From an uncultured Verrucomicrobiae bacterium (GTDB lineage: Bacteria > Verrucomicrobiota > Verrucomicrobiia > Chthoniobacterales > UBA10450): a stretch of 64,000 nucleotides of DNA. Made by a program: the position numbers and the translations under genes. The stretch spans positions 1,671,602-1,735,601 of the forward strand of contig CAWFGO010000001.1 in assembly GCA_963815455.1 (NCBI GenBank), given 5' to 3'. This document shows, piece by piece, positions 19,814 to 30,318 of the stretch. Position 1 is the first letter of the stretch, and every line of letters begins with the position of its first letter. The notes beneath the pieces are model-generated. The model worked only from the letters and a program-made list of their open reading frames with translations. It was not told the origin of the DNA and made no database searches.

Positions 19814-20950
19814 GTGTCCAGGCTTGAAGTTTCGCGGGTCGATTCCCGCAAAGAACGCGATGTTTTCATCGAGTTCCCATGGCGCGTCTATGCGAACGAT
19901 CCGGCCTGGGTCCCGCCATTAATCATCGAGCGCCGGCAGTTTCTCGATCGCAAGAAACATCCGTTCTACAAACATGGCGACGCTGCCTTGTTTCTGGCGC
20001 GGCGCGATGGAAAAGTCGCCGGCCGGATCATGGCCAGCGACGATCCCAATTACAACGCCTTGCACCAATCGAACACCGGGTGTTTCGGGCTTTTTGAAAG
20101 CATTGACGATGTCGATGTTGCGACGGCGTTATTCGATGCCGCCCAGGACTGGCTCCGGCGCAAAGGTCGGACCGAGGTGATTGGACCGATCGATTACTCG
20201 ACAAACTACGTTTGCGGCTTGTTGATCGAGGGCTTCGAGCATCCGCCCACGCTGTTGACCGCGCACAACCCGCGGTTTTACCCGGCGCTAATCGAGAAGT
20301 GCGGCTTTCGGAAGGAAATCGATTTTTTCGCCTGGTGGTTTAGCGATGCTTCCGCGGCCGCTCGTCGTCTGCGCAGGTTGGCTGTTCGCTTAAAGAGTCG
20401 CGCGGCATTCACGATCCGTCACGGCGACATCAAGAACTTAAAGCGCGAAAGCGCAATCCTTCGGGGTATATATAATGAGGCCTGGCGCGACAACTGGGGT
20501 TTTGTGCCCTTTACCGAGACGGAGTTCGATCATCTCACCGCCGAAATGAAACCGGTGCTTCGCGCCGATTTTACCGCCGTGGCCGAGATGAACGGCGAGG
20601 CCGTGGGGTTCATCATCGGATTGCCCGACATCAATGTGGCTTTGCACAGGATCAACGGACGGCTCACCCGTTTCGGTCTGCCCATTGGCCTGGCGAAATT
20701 GTTGTATCACAAATCGCGGCTGCGAAAGGCGCGGCTCATCGCCATGGGTGTGCGGCCGGAGTTCCGCAAGCTCGGCGTCGCGGAAATGCTGGTGCTGCGC
20801 GTGATGGAGGAAGGAATGCTCAAGGCCGGCTTCGCGGCCGAGCTGAGCATGACCCTGGAAGACAACGCACTGGTAAACCGTTTTATCGAAGCGATCGGCG
20901 CTAAAAAATACAAGACGTATCGGATTTACCGGCGCGAAGTGTCTTCTTAG
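19814..20950 (+). CDS. cerS: Tandem-GNAT acyltransferase, probable bacterial ceramide synthase
   Basis: FPWRVY..DPAWVPPL, HPFY, GRI, FGLFE, GP, GLLIEGF, YNEAW.DNWGFVP, LPDIN, AELS..LEDN, KTYRIY are signatures of the bCerS family. Confidence 0.72.
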   Translation: MSRLEVSRVDSRKERDVFIEFPWRVYANDPAWVPPLIIERRQFLDRKKHPFYKHGDAALFLARRDGKVAGRIMASDDPNYNALHQSNTGCFGLFESIDDVDVATALFDAAQDWLRRKGRTEVIGPIDYSTNYVCGLLIEGFEHPPTLLTAHNPRFYPALIEKCGFRKEIDFFAWWFSDASAAARRLRRLAVRLKSRAAFTIRHGDIKNLKRESAILRGIYNEAWRDNWGFVPFTETEFDHLTAEMKPVLRADFTAVAEMNGEAVGFIIGLPDINVALHRINGRLTRFGLPIGLAKLLYHKSRLRKARLIAMGVRPEFRKLGVAEMLVLRVMEEGMLKAGFAAELSMTLEDNALVNRFIEAIGAKKYKTYRIYRREVSS

Positions 20951-20968
20951 TGATGACCGAACGAATCG

Positions 20969-22111
20969 ATGACTCAGAATAGGTTGCGAGCAATGCCACA
21001 TTTTCTTTTTTTGATGTCAGATACGGGCGGTGGACATCGCGCCGCGTGCTGCGCTATCGAGGCCGCTCTGCAGGATCGCCATCGAGGCGAGTTTACGGTC
21101 GAACTGGTCGATTTGTGGAGGGACTACACTCCTTTCCCCCTTAACATGATGCCGCAGATCTATTCGCGGTGGATCAACATGCATCCATCGAGTTATTCCG
21201 CCCATTTTTGGGTCGGGGATCGGCTGTTTTTGAATCAATCGTGGAGCCAGCTCTATTGTCGACAGATGTACTCGCGTATGAAACGCCTCTACGCCGAGCA
21301 CCCCGCCGATGTTATCGTCTGTGTCCATTCCGTCTTTGTGCGCCCGGCGGTCTACGCACTGCGCAGAGCGCGCATCGACAAGCCGTTTATCACGGTAATC
21401 ACCGATTATGCATTGCCCTCCGTCCTTTGGTACGATGCCAAGGTGGATCATTGCCTGGTACCCACGGAACCCGCCTTCCAGCGCGGCCTGTCGCTTGGGA
21501 TGAAAACGGCACAAATGCTTCTGACTGGGGCACCGGTACACCCCAAATTTGCCAAGCTCAGTATTTCCAAACTCGATGCGCGCGCGCAGTTAGGGTGGAG
21601 GCCTGACAAACGTGTTATCCTGGTCGTCGGCGGCGCCGACGGGATGGGACCACTCATCTCGACGGCGCGCGCGATCGACGGACGGCAGTTGGATTGCCAG
21701 TTGGTCGTCGTTGCTGGACACAACCAGGCGTTGAAAGCCGCCTTGGAAAATGTGTCTTGGAGAGGGCCTGTCCGTATCTACGGTTTTGTAGACAATATGC
21801 ATGTGTTTATGCGCGCGTCCGACCTTCTGATTACCAAAGCTGGCCCGGCGACGATTAGCGAGGCTGCTCTGGTGGGCTTGCCAATGGTGCTGAACAGCGC
21901 AATCAAATTCCAGGAATCGCCAAACGTCGACTATGTAGTGGAACACAGCGCTGGAGTGTACGCTGTCGGGCCGAAGAGAACCGCGGACAGTGTGCAGGGG
22001 TTGCTCGAAAATGGGGCAGTGGCGCTGGAGAAGCTCGCTAGTGGCGCCGCGCGGCTCGCGCAACCGGATGCAATCTGGAAGATTGCCGACGAAATCTGGG
22101 CCCATGCCTGA
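20969..22111 (+). CDS. MGDG-synthase/UgtP-like glycosyltransferase (GT28)
   Basis: SDTGGGHRAA, TVITDY, GAPVHPKF, VGGADG, ITKAGPATISEA, QESPN. Confidence 0.9.
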   Translation: MTQNRLRAMPHFLFLMSDTGGGHRAACCAIEAALQDRHRGEFTVELVDLWRDYTPFPLNMMPQIYSRWINMHPSSYSAHFWVGDRLFLNQSWSQLYCRQMYSRMKRLYAEHPADVIVCVHSVFVRPAVYALRRARIDKPFITVITDYALPSVLWYDAKVDHCLVPTEPAFQRGLSLGMKTAQMLLTGAPVHPKFAKLSISKLDARAQLGWRPDKRVILVVGGADGMGPLISTARAIDGRQLDCQLVVVAGHNQALKAALENVSWRGPVRIYGFVDNMHVFMRASDLLITKAGPATISEAALVGLPMVLNSAIKFQESPNVDYVVEHSAGVYAVGPKRTADSVQGLLENGAVALEKLASGAARLAQPDAIWKIADEIWAHA

Positions 22112-23393
22112 GTGCGCCCCAAGAGTGAACGGCGTTCTGATTCTTGCGGATGAATCCGCTGAATGGAAAGTTGCGGGGCTACGCCAGCTCGATCGTTTGG
22201 CTCTTGCCTTGAATGATTACGTCAGTCGTAGCCAAGGAATTGACGTTCTTCCAGTCTGCGTCTGCTGGATCGGCAACAAATCGGGAGAGTCTTCCCGCCA
22301 GCCGCAAGATCGACGCCTTACGCATCTCATGATGAGTGACAATGTAGACGAATTCTTTATGCGAATGCGAGGGAACGACGCCTCTGCCTTGGTGGTCAGT
22401 ACGCGTCTCGTGCTTGCCCGAGATACCCTCGCGCAGGCTTTCGAAAAATCCCTTGTCGATCGAACAATGCCGATGTTGTTGATGCGCGGAGACGCACTCG
22501 CCGGTGAGGGCAATATTCAAGCCGATTCATCTCTTGTGCGCCGGCTCCGTGCAACGGAACTAATTGCTTCGCAACAGCCAGGAGACAAAACGAATCGAGA
22601 TTGGACTTATCTTCAAAGCCGTGAGGGCATCGCAATTGCGGAGAAACGTTTAATGCAAAATACCGGTAAGTCGCAGGATGGCTTTGCAGCCCGCTTCATA
22701 AATCGTCCGATCTCTCGCAGTGTCAGCAGGTGGCTTGTCCGCTTTCCTCTCTTGCCCAACCAATGGACACTGATGGTGACTGCAATACCGATTGCCGGAT
22801 CGATCCTCTTGATGCGAGGAGACTATCTTGGCTTCGCCTGTGGGGCGGTTCTCTTTCAACTCCACAGCGTGTTAGATGGATGTGATGGTGAAATCGCGCG
22901 CTTGAAATATCTCGAGTCAGAAAAAGGGAGAAGGCTCGATACAATTTGCGATCGGCTCGTCACATTGATTTTCGTTATTAGCATTGGCGTTGGTTTGTCC
23001 CGCCAGCCTGGGATTCCCGACACGCTGCGGTGGCTTTATCTGCTGGAAGCAGCGATCACGGCGCTCTTGATCGGTGTAAGTGAGTTCGTGTTAATGAGAG
23101 CTAAGGCAGATGAAGGCCACGGCCTCGGCGCAATAAAGGATGATCTGTACCCCCATTATGTGAGAGCAATCAGGAATTCCGGCGTGCTCCGTCTTGGTGC
23201 GGGTGTGACTTCGTTCTTTGTTGAAGTGACGAAACGCGACACCTACATCTTTGGTTTTATGGTGCTGGCACTCTGTGGGCGACCAACCTGGATTTTGCAT
23301 ATACTCGCTGTCTGCGCCTGCGCGATGATGCTTTTTACCCGTAGGAATTTGGCGCCTTCGTCTTCCCCTGCAGATCGGGCCCGCGTTCAATGA
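22104..23393 (+). CDS. CDP-alcohol phosphotransferase with degenerate N-terminal nucleotidyltransferase-like domain (copy 1)
   Basis: GKSQDG..NRPIS, PNQWT, LDGCDGEIARLKYLESEKGRRLDTICD. Confidence 0.88.
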   Translation: MPECAPRVNGVLILADESAEWKVAGLRQLDRLALALNDYVSRSQGIDVLPVCVCWIGNKSGESSRQPQDRRLTHLMMSDNVDEFFMRMRGNDASALVVSTRLVLARDTLAQAFEKSLVDRTMPMLLMRGDALAGEGNIQADSSLVRRLRATELIASQQPGDKTNRDWTYLQSREGIAIAEKRLMQNTGKSQDGFAARFINRPISRSVSRWLVRFPLLPNQWTLMVTAIPIAGSILLMRGDYLGFACGAVLFQLHSVLDGCDGEIARLKYLESEKGRRLDTICDRLVTLIFVISIGVGLSRQPGIPDTLRWLYLLEAAITALLIGVSEFVLMRAKADEGHGLGAIKDDLYPHYVRAIRNSGVLRLGAGVTSFFVEVTKRDTYIFGFMVLALCGRPTWILHILAVCACAMMLFTRRNLAPSSSPADRARVQ

Positions 23394-24619
23394 TCGAAGA
23401 AGATCATCGTGTGGATCGTGTTGTGATTCTGGCTGATGAGTCAGCCAATTGGAAGATCGCCGGATTGCGCCAGCTTGATCGGCTTGTGCTGGCGCTCGAT
23501 GAATTCGCCAAAACAATCGGAACGGCAGAAAAGATCGACATCTCCGTTTTTTGGAAGCCGGAGATTCCGCTTTCGGAGCGATGGTTACCGAAGGACCCGC
23601 GAATCGGGCGTGTTCGTTTGATCGAACCTTCCGGGTCGCCAGAACCGGACGCGCGCATTCTTGCTACCCGCTTGTTCGTGGGGCGAAATGCGTTGTCGAT
23701 CTTTCTTTCCACGACGGCCCCAGTGAAAGCCGAACAACCCATTGTTGATCCAACGTTAGGGTGGCGGCAATTTTTCGAGCAGTTCGAGAGAACATGTCGA
23801 AACGCGACCGCAGCGGAGGAAGAGCGTGGTTGGCGGTTTCTCGCGCAGCCGGCCGAGATTGTCGCCAGCGAAATGCTTTTTCTTCGCCACATGGGAAAGT
23901 CCCAGGACGGAATTGTATCCAAGTTTCTTAATCGACCGCTGGTGCGACCGATCACGCGTTGCCTGCTTAGATTTCCCATCAAACCCACGACCTGGACATT
24001 GTCGATGTTTGCGTTGCCACTCATTGCGTTCGCCTTTCTGCTGCGCGGAGATTACGCGGGCATTCTGGTTGGAGCAGCCATTTATCAACTCTTCAGCATG
24101 CTCGACAGCTGCGATGGAGAAATTGCGCGGGCAAAATATTTGGAATCAAAGCGGGGCGGACGAGTGGACGACTTCTGTGATATGATCGGCGGCTTTGTGT
24201 TCTTAACCGGTCTCGGATTTGGTCTCTCTCACTGGCATGGTTCAGCGTTTTATGCTGCCGAAGGGATTTTCTGCGTCGCGATAATTGCGGCCAATGAATT
24301 CCTATTAAGAATTTCGAAACCCGAAACCAACCTCGACCCAAGTCCGTTGGGACGGGCCTTGTATCCGCGCTATCGCCAGGTGATCCAGCAATCTGGTGTC
24401 TTGTTCCTGGGAGAAAATTTTGTCTGGTGTCTGCTGCAACTAACAAAGCGCGATGTCATGATTCTGTTTTTCCTCATTCTCGCGCTGGCCGGTCTCGCGC
24501 CGTGGATCCTTCACCTGTCGCTCGCCTTTGCCGCTGTGGGTCTACTTCTGGCCGGGATCACCCGGCTGAAAAGGCGCACCCACGTTCGCGGCATCGTTTC
24601 TTCGAGCTTGGAGCTGTAA
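23390..24619 (+). CDS. CDP-alcohol phosphotransferase (copy 2)
   Basis: LDSCDGEIARAKYLESKRGGRVDDFCD; shares ILADESA.WK.AGLRQLDRL.LAL and TKRD with copy 1; ATGA overlap. Confidence 0.88.
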   Translation: MIEEDHRVDRVVILADESANWKIAGLRQLDRLVLALDEFAKTIGTAEKIDISVFWKPEIPLSERWLPKDPRIGRVRLIEPSGSPEPDARILATRLFVGRNALSIFLSTTAPVKAEQPIVDPTLGWRQFFEQFERTCRNATAAEEERGWRFLAQPAEIVASEMLFLRHMGKSQDGIVSKFLNRPLVRPITRCLLRFPIKPTTWTLSMFALPLIAFAFLLRGDYAGILVGAAIYQLFSMLDSCDGEIARAKYLESKRGGRVDDFCDMIGGFVFLTGLGFGLSHWHGSAFYAAEGIFCVAIIAANEFLLRISKPETNLDPSPLGRALYPRYRQVIQQSGVLFLGENFVWCLLQLTKRDVMILFFLILALAGLAPWILHLSLAFAAVGLLLAGITRLKRRTHVRGIVSSSLEL

Positions 24620-25324
24620 GCATCTTTCAGCGTTGGCCAGCATCCCAAGTGTGTCGATATCCTGCCACCACGCGCCTCCAATATCAATTCCGCGGACCCG
24701 ATCGTCTGCCGCCATCAGCCGCACGCCGTCGGCCAGGCTGCAATCGCCATCCCGTTTCGCCCGCTCGAGGTAATCGAAAATGTCCACCGGGCAGACAAAA
24801 AGACCCGTGTCGATCGCGTCATAGGTCGCCAGGTTTTTCCCAATCGCGACGATGCGGTCGCCGCGCGTCTGTACTTTCATCGCGTCGTCGAGATCGAAAA
24901 TCGAATCGAGTTTCTTGTCGATCGCCAGATTAATCTGATTGAAATCTGAGGTCTCGATCAGAAGATCGACAATCGTCTGGTCGAAAAGATGATCGCTCAT
25001 CGAGAGCAGAAATGGCGCGGTGACATGGCGCGCCGCTGCGAGAAGGGAAATGCCGTTTTGTTTCTTCCAGTCGGGATTCTCGATCACGCGAAGCTGCATT
25101 TGCGGTGGAATCAATGGTCGCAGCCCCGCGATGAGCGATTCGCTCTCGAATCCAACAACCGCGTTCAAAACGGCAATTCCGCTCTTGGCCAGCGCCTCAA
25201 TCGTGTAAGAAATCAGTGGCCGGTCGAGAATGGGGGTGAGCGGTTTTGGAAGACTGCTCCTGGAACCACGCAGCCGCGAACCGGAGCCGGCCATTAGAAC
25301 TACCGCTTCGGACACCGTGTTCAT
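24542..25324 (-). CDS. Cytidylyltransferase of the IPCT/LicC (inositol-1-phosphate / phosphocholine) family
   Basis: LMAGSGSRL, PKPL, QNGISLL, MSDHLF, DLDDAMKV, IGKNL, DTGLF, WQDIDT. Confidence 0.85.
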   Translation of the reverse strand: MNTVSEAVVLMAGSGSRLRGSRSSLPKPLTPILDRPLISYTIEALAKSGIAVLNAVVGFESESLIAGLRPLIPPQMQLRVIENPDWKKQNGISLLAAARHVTAPFLLSMSDHLFDQTIVDLLIETSDFNQINLAIDKKLDSIFDLDDAMKVQTRGDRIVAIGKNLATYDAIDTGLFVCPVDIFDYLERAKRDGDCSLADGVRLMAADDRVRGIDIGGAWWQDIDTLGMLANAERCLQLQARRNDAANVGAPFQPGDPGQK

Positions 25325-26124
25325 ATCCCGTAGTATTTTTTGAGTCCCCAGATGCGAACGCGTTGGGGGAGGAATCGAAAAATCAGGGGCGCAATTCTGG
25401 ATTGAAACGCGTCGCCAACGGTGATGCGCGGCGGAGGATCGATCGGCCTCGATTATTTCCAGAACGCGTTGCGCGACCAGGTCGGCCTTGGGCGCGGCCT
25501 TCATATTGCGTTCGACGGCGTTCCAGACCTTTTGGACTTTCGCGTCGAGGCGCGCGTCCTGGGCGGCGGTCCTGGTTACGGCATCATTGAAGTCTGTGGA
25601 AATATCCGCGGGTTGAAGATCGACAATGCGCACCGCGTCTCCCAGTTCGAGCTGGGTCGTCATGGTGTAGGCGGCCATGGCCGCTTTGCCCGCGTTGTAA
25701 GCCGCCATGAACGGCACCGGAAGACGCGACGCGAGCGAAGTCACGTTGATGATCAACCCGCTGCCGCGCTCGTGCATCGCGCGCAACGCGAGCTGCATCA
25801 AATGCACATGACCAACGCACAAAATCTGAAATTGCTCCGTGATTTCCGGGACGGAAAGAGATTCGGCCGGTCCAAAATGTCCGGAGCCGGCATTGTTGAT
25901 CACGACGTCAAAGTGGCCCGCCTGGGCGAGCGCGGTGCCAAACGCTTCGTCAATTGAGTGCGGATGAGCCAAGTCGAGTTGGACTGGATGCATGCGCGTG
26001 CATGTTGGGAAAACTTTTTTGGGTCGCGCGAAGTGCCCCATACTTCATGACCGCGAGCAAGCAGCGCGTGCGCAGTGGCAAGGCCGATTCCGGAACTCGC
26101 GCCCGTTAGAAACACACGCTTCAT
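25321..26124 (-). CDS. SDR-family NAD(P)-dependent oxidoreductase (frameshifts near 26015 and 25435)
   Basis: TGASSGIG, INNAG, NVTS, YNAGK. Confidence 0.88.
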
Positions 26125-26128
26125 CAGA

Positions 26129-27644
26129 TCAGGTCCTGGAATACCAACGGTGATAGCTCCATCCAATGCCAAACGTCACCAGGAATGCCGCCGCGGCTGT
26201 AATTTGCCCGACGATTCCGTCCAGCAGTGCGCGACAGACAAGCCCTGGGACAATTGCAATTAGTGCGGTAATGATTGGCGGCGCGATGTCACGCCATGGG
26301 TTTGGCCATTGAAACACCAGGCGCAAGGCAGCGTATCGCAAAATGCCCTGCACGACATAGGGGATCAGAATGCCGAACGCTGCGCCGATCATGCCGAAGC
26401 GAGGAATGAGCCACAAATTCGCACCGATGGCGATCACGCATGTGATCGAGGAATGCAGAAGATTTATTAGCGGACGCTGCACCAGGATTACTGTTTCGCC
26501 TAAACCGATGAACGCGTTAATCGCGCAGGCCACGGCCACGATGGAGAGCCAGGGAGCGCCCTGGCGAAATGCAGGGCCGTAGATCAGGAGAATCGTTCCT
26601 CCGGCAAAGACCAGCACGGCCACAATGGGCAGCAAGATCCAAAGCATCCATTGCGCGAGGCGGCCGTAGGTTGCGGCAGCGCGTTGGTGGTCGCCAAGGG
26701 CCGTGATTCCGGCAACCACAGGCGTAAAAATTGGATAAAAAGCCTGATTCACCCTTCGAGAGCCGCTGGCGATGTCAATAACCGCGCTGTAAATACCGAC
26801 CGTGGTTAGAGTGACGCCGGGCGCGCGCCCAATAAACCACGCCAGCATGATAAGATCCAAACGAAGAATGAACGCATTTAGAAATTGGTAGGCGCCGATA
26901 GGGGCCGCGTAACCAAGCAGGCGCCGCGCTTCGCGGCGGAGGGAGAAGCCATCACGATGCTTGGGAACTTGTCGAAACAAGCTCGAAGCCAACGCCAGGG
27001 CCACGATCCCAGACGCGACCATCCCAATGATTGCGGCAAGCTGCGGCGCGGAGTTCTTCAAGCCGACGGCGAGCGCAATCAGAAAGGCAAGCGTGGTTGC
27101 AACAGAGTCCGCCATGCCGCGCGAGAAAATGTCATGTTGCATCACCTTCATCCCTCGCGAAACCGAAGTGCTGATGCGATACAATGCAATTGCCGGAATC
27201 GCACAGAGAAGCGCCGAGAGCGCCGAAACCATTTGCGGCTCCAGATGTAAATGCCCGCGCAGCAGACGGAGTCCGACGATCAAAACCAAGGCAATGAACA
27301 GTGGAAAAAGCGACGGCAAGTCCGATAGCGAGCCGGAACAAAGCTCGGGCCCGCGCTTGATCGCCAACTGCATTCGCGCGGGCGATGAATGTGGTAATTG
27401 CGTCATCCAGACCAAAGATGCCGACCTTGGATAGAAGATCGGTAGTCGCCCACGCAACCGAGAAGATCCCGAGAGCGCTCGGCCCGAGCAGACGCGCCAC
27501 CAGGAATGTGAAGATGCCGCGCAAGTTCGACGTCAGCAGCGCGACCGTGTTCAAAAGCGCGCCGCGCTTCAGCTCGGCCCCGGCCTCGTCGACGTGCCGG
27601 GCAAGATCGACAGATTCGGACGCGGTGGAAACAACGGTCTCCAT
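26129..27644 (-). CDS. MOP/Wzx-type oligosaccharide flippase (frameshift near 27310)
   Basis: ARLLGPSALGIF, RLDLIML, VGIYSA, NLWLIPRFGMIGAA; many TM helices. Confidence 0.85.
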
Positions 27645-27650
27645 TGCGAC

Positions 27651-29162
27651 TTAACGATCGTCCCGATCGATCAGGTAGAGTGTCACGGAATTCTGTTCCC
27701 GGTATATGATTATGGAGCGCTTGAACACAGCCACCGGAATACGATGCCATCCCGGCGGCAGCGGCGCCTTTTCGTTATCAGCGTAAACGGCAACGGCGCC
27801 GGCTACAACCCCTGGCAGCTCGGATGCGGGCGGGATTTTGCTAAAGGTGACGAATCCGGGCGCGTACCACTCGACGTGACGTTGGACATTGTTGAAGAGC
27901 AAGACAACATCCTTGCGCCGATCAGCCGAGTACAACTCGGCCAGGTGGCGGACCAAACGCAATGACGGCGACTCGCGGCGGTGATTGTCGATGGCAAGAG
28001 GAATAACGACGCAGAGAATAAGCGCCGGCAACGCGACCGCGGACCAATTCCAAGGCCAGCGCATTTGCAAGAATCCCCGCAAAAGGGCGACCCAGAGCAG
28101 CGGAAAGATGATGAGGTAATATCGTTGCTCGGGAGAAAGGGAAATAAAGATGATGGCGACGTGCACGAGGGCCCACGGCGCATGAGCCCGCCAAAATTCA
28201 CCGTCGCCCAAACTTTGAACGCGGGAGAAATACGATGCCAAACCGGTGATCACGATCACGCTTCCGATTCCCAGCACCCAGGGAGATTCGAGAAAACCAA
28301 AACCGAGTCCGAACCATCCAAGAAGGTGGACAGCCAGGCGCGCGCCGAGGTATCGCAGGCTCCAATCTCCCGCCCCGATGTAAGTTCCCGGCTTGTCTAA
28401 ACGCCACTGCCATTGCTGATAGGCGAGATGCGGATACACGCTCCAAAGCGACATTTTCGGGTCCAATCGCCACTGCATGTAAGACATCGGCAATAGCCAG
28501 ACCAGACAGCCCGCAATCAGCAGGGCCATCGTCAAGATCGACATCTTCATCGTGGCGCGCCCGCGCCACAGCGCGGCAATCAGAATCACCAGAACAACAA
28601 GGATCAACTGCGGCCGCGCTCCCGCTGCCGTCGCGCCTAACAAGGCCGCGGCCGGTAAAGCAGCGCGACGTTGGCGTTTGAGAAAATAGAGCGTGGCCAG
28701 AATTTCTGCGCTGACCAAACCGGCCGCGAGACTATCGGTCAAAACTTTTGTCGCTGTCATCCACACCGCCGGCGTAATTGCGAGGCAGCCCGCGACCCAC
28801 CAAGCGAAGCGTTCGTTGAACTGCAGCCGGATAATGAGGAACCACACCGCGATGAAGAGGGCGCCGCCGATGGCAGAAACAAAATGTAGCGAAAGATCCG
28901 GGCCGGCCCCGAAAACCGTGTCCCCGATCCATCCCAAAAAAATGAACAGGGGATAACCGGGTGGATGGGGCTGATGCTTCCACAGATTGAAATCGTGGAT
29001 GCCCATGGCGAATTGCACGGAGTCGTGCACGTCGAGTTCCGGCGACCGCGTCAGGAAGTAGAGCGCGAAAGTGGAGAGAAAAACCAACGTCGTTTTAATG
29101 ACCGTGCTCGAACCGGGCGCGTCCGTGTCGGATGTAATGTTGTTCACGTTGAGCCGGACCAT
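27651..29162 (-). CDS. GT-C-like multipass membrane protein (DUF2723/PMT-like)
   Basis: DSVQFA, HQPHPPGYPLF, GARPQ, EQRYYL; multipass; start codon uncertain. Confidence 0.65.
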   Translation of the reverse strand: MVRLNVNNITSDTDAPGSSTVIKTTLVFLSTFALYFLTRSPELDVHDSVQFAMGIHDFNLWKHQPHPPGYPLFIFLGWIGDTVFGAGPDLSLHFVSAIGGALFIAVWFLIIRLQFNERFAWWVAGCLAITPAVWMTATKVLTDSLAAGLVSAEILATLYFLKRQRRAALPAAALLGATAAGARPQLILVVLVILIAALWRGRATMKMSILTMALLIAGCLVWLLPMSYMQWRLDPKMSLWSVYPHLAYQQWQWRLDKPGTYIGAGDWSLRYLGARLAVHLLGWFGLGFGFLESPWVLGIGSVIVITGLASYFSRVQSLGDGEFWRAHAPWALVHVAIIFISLSPEQRYYLIIFPLLWVALLRGFLQMRWPWNWSAVALPALILCVVIPLAIDNHRRESPSLRLVRHLAELYSADRRKDVVLLFNNVQRHVEWYAPGFVTFSKIPPASELPGVVAGAVAVYADNEKAPLPPGWHRIPVAVFKRSIIIYREQNSVTLYLIDRDDR

Positions 29163-29179
29163 GTGGTACTTTTGCCGGG

Positions 29180-30070
29180 ATGATGTCGATCTTGAAGATA
29201 TCGATTTTGGCGGTTTTGCTGATGCTGCTCGTGTTCGTGCTGTGGTCTCAGCGCCGCCGCCGTCAAATCCGCTTTATTCGCGAGACATTGGCAAGGGACC
29301 CGGTGCCGGTGAGTGGGCTTCGGGTGATCGTTTCGCTCTCGAGCTTGCCCGATCGCATCGTGAATCTTAAACCAACGCTCGATTGTTTGGTCAACCAAAC
29401 GCGAGCGCCGGACGAAATTGTGCTCGCTCTCCCGGAGTTTTCGATCCGCCAGCAGAAGCGTTATGTTATTCCGGATAATCTCGCGTCCTATTCACGGCTT
29501 CGGATCTTGCGATCCGATAAGGATTGGGGACCGGCAACGAAATTTATTCCCGTAGTGCAGGAGGAGCTCGCTGCGGGACGGCGCGATACCCTGATCATGG
29601 TCGTGGACGATGATCGGGTTTATCCCCGGGACGCCCTCGAAACCTATCTTCATTACCATCGACAACTGCCGGACGCGGCGCTTTGCTTTCGCGGCGCACC
29701 AATGCCGCGCAGCTTGAAGTGGACGAAACCGAAACTTTGTCTGGCCGACCGGATCCGGGAGCCCAGGAAGATGGCGGTGATCATGGGTTGCGGTAGTTAC
29801 TTGATCCAGCCCCGCTTCTTCGACGCTCAACTTTGGGATTATTCTACTGCGCCTCGGGCCGCGTTTTACATGGACGACATCTGGATAAGCGGATGCCTGG
29901 ATCGTCGCGGTGTCGAAAAATACGTCGTGCCGGCATCGGCCATGATGAGCACGGTTCGGCTGCAATCGGGCACCATGACTTTGGATGATGTTCCCAATGG
30001 CCGCCGTCAGAATAATAATGAGGTGGTGGCGTTTTTTCGCGATACCTGGAACGTTTTTTTGCCCTGCTAG
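29180..30070 (+). CDS. GT-A fold glycosyltransferase, membrane anchored
   Basis: IVSLSSLPDRI, NQTRAPDEI, DWGPATKFIP, VDDDRVY, DDIWISG. Confidence 0.8.
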   Translation: MMSILKISILAVLLMLLVFVLWSQRRRRQIRFIRETLARDPVPVSGLRVIVSLSSLPDRIVNLKPTLDCLVNQTRAPDEIVLALPEFSIRQQKRYVIPDNLASYSRLRILRSDKDWGPATKFIPVVQEELAAGRRDTLIMVVDDDRVYPRDALETYLHYHRQLPDAALCFRGAPMPRSLKWTKPKLCLADRIREPRKMAVIMGCGSYLIQPRFFDAQLWDYSTAPRAAFYMDDIWISGCLDRRGVEKYVVPASAMMSTVRLQSGTMTLDDVPNGRRQNNNEVVAFFRDTWNVFLPC

Positions 30071-30318
30071 GAAGCGAGTCGGGAGCCAGCAAACGGCAGG
30101 CGATCAGCGGCCGGGGAGGGAGCGGAAAACGGGCAGTTTTCCCCTAAGCTCAACCTGTCGAGGCAATTAAGTGCCTCAATGCCTCGACAGACATAAGTGT
30201 CTATAAACAAGTCACTTGCAACGTAATTCCAAATAATTAGCAGCTTCTCTTGTCAGCCTGTCTGGGTATTACTAAAATAGTCTTGGGTTGCATTGGGATT
30301 GAGATGTGAGGAACTAAA

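Noticed and set aside
24542..26041. SDR-cytidylyltransferase fusion protein (499-aa ORF in the track)
   Set aside because: The join is produced by a frameshift near 25435. The SDR has its own stop overlapping the next ATG (ATGA at 25321-25324).
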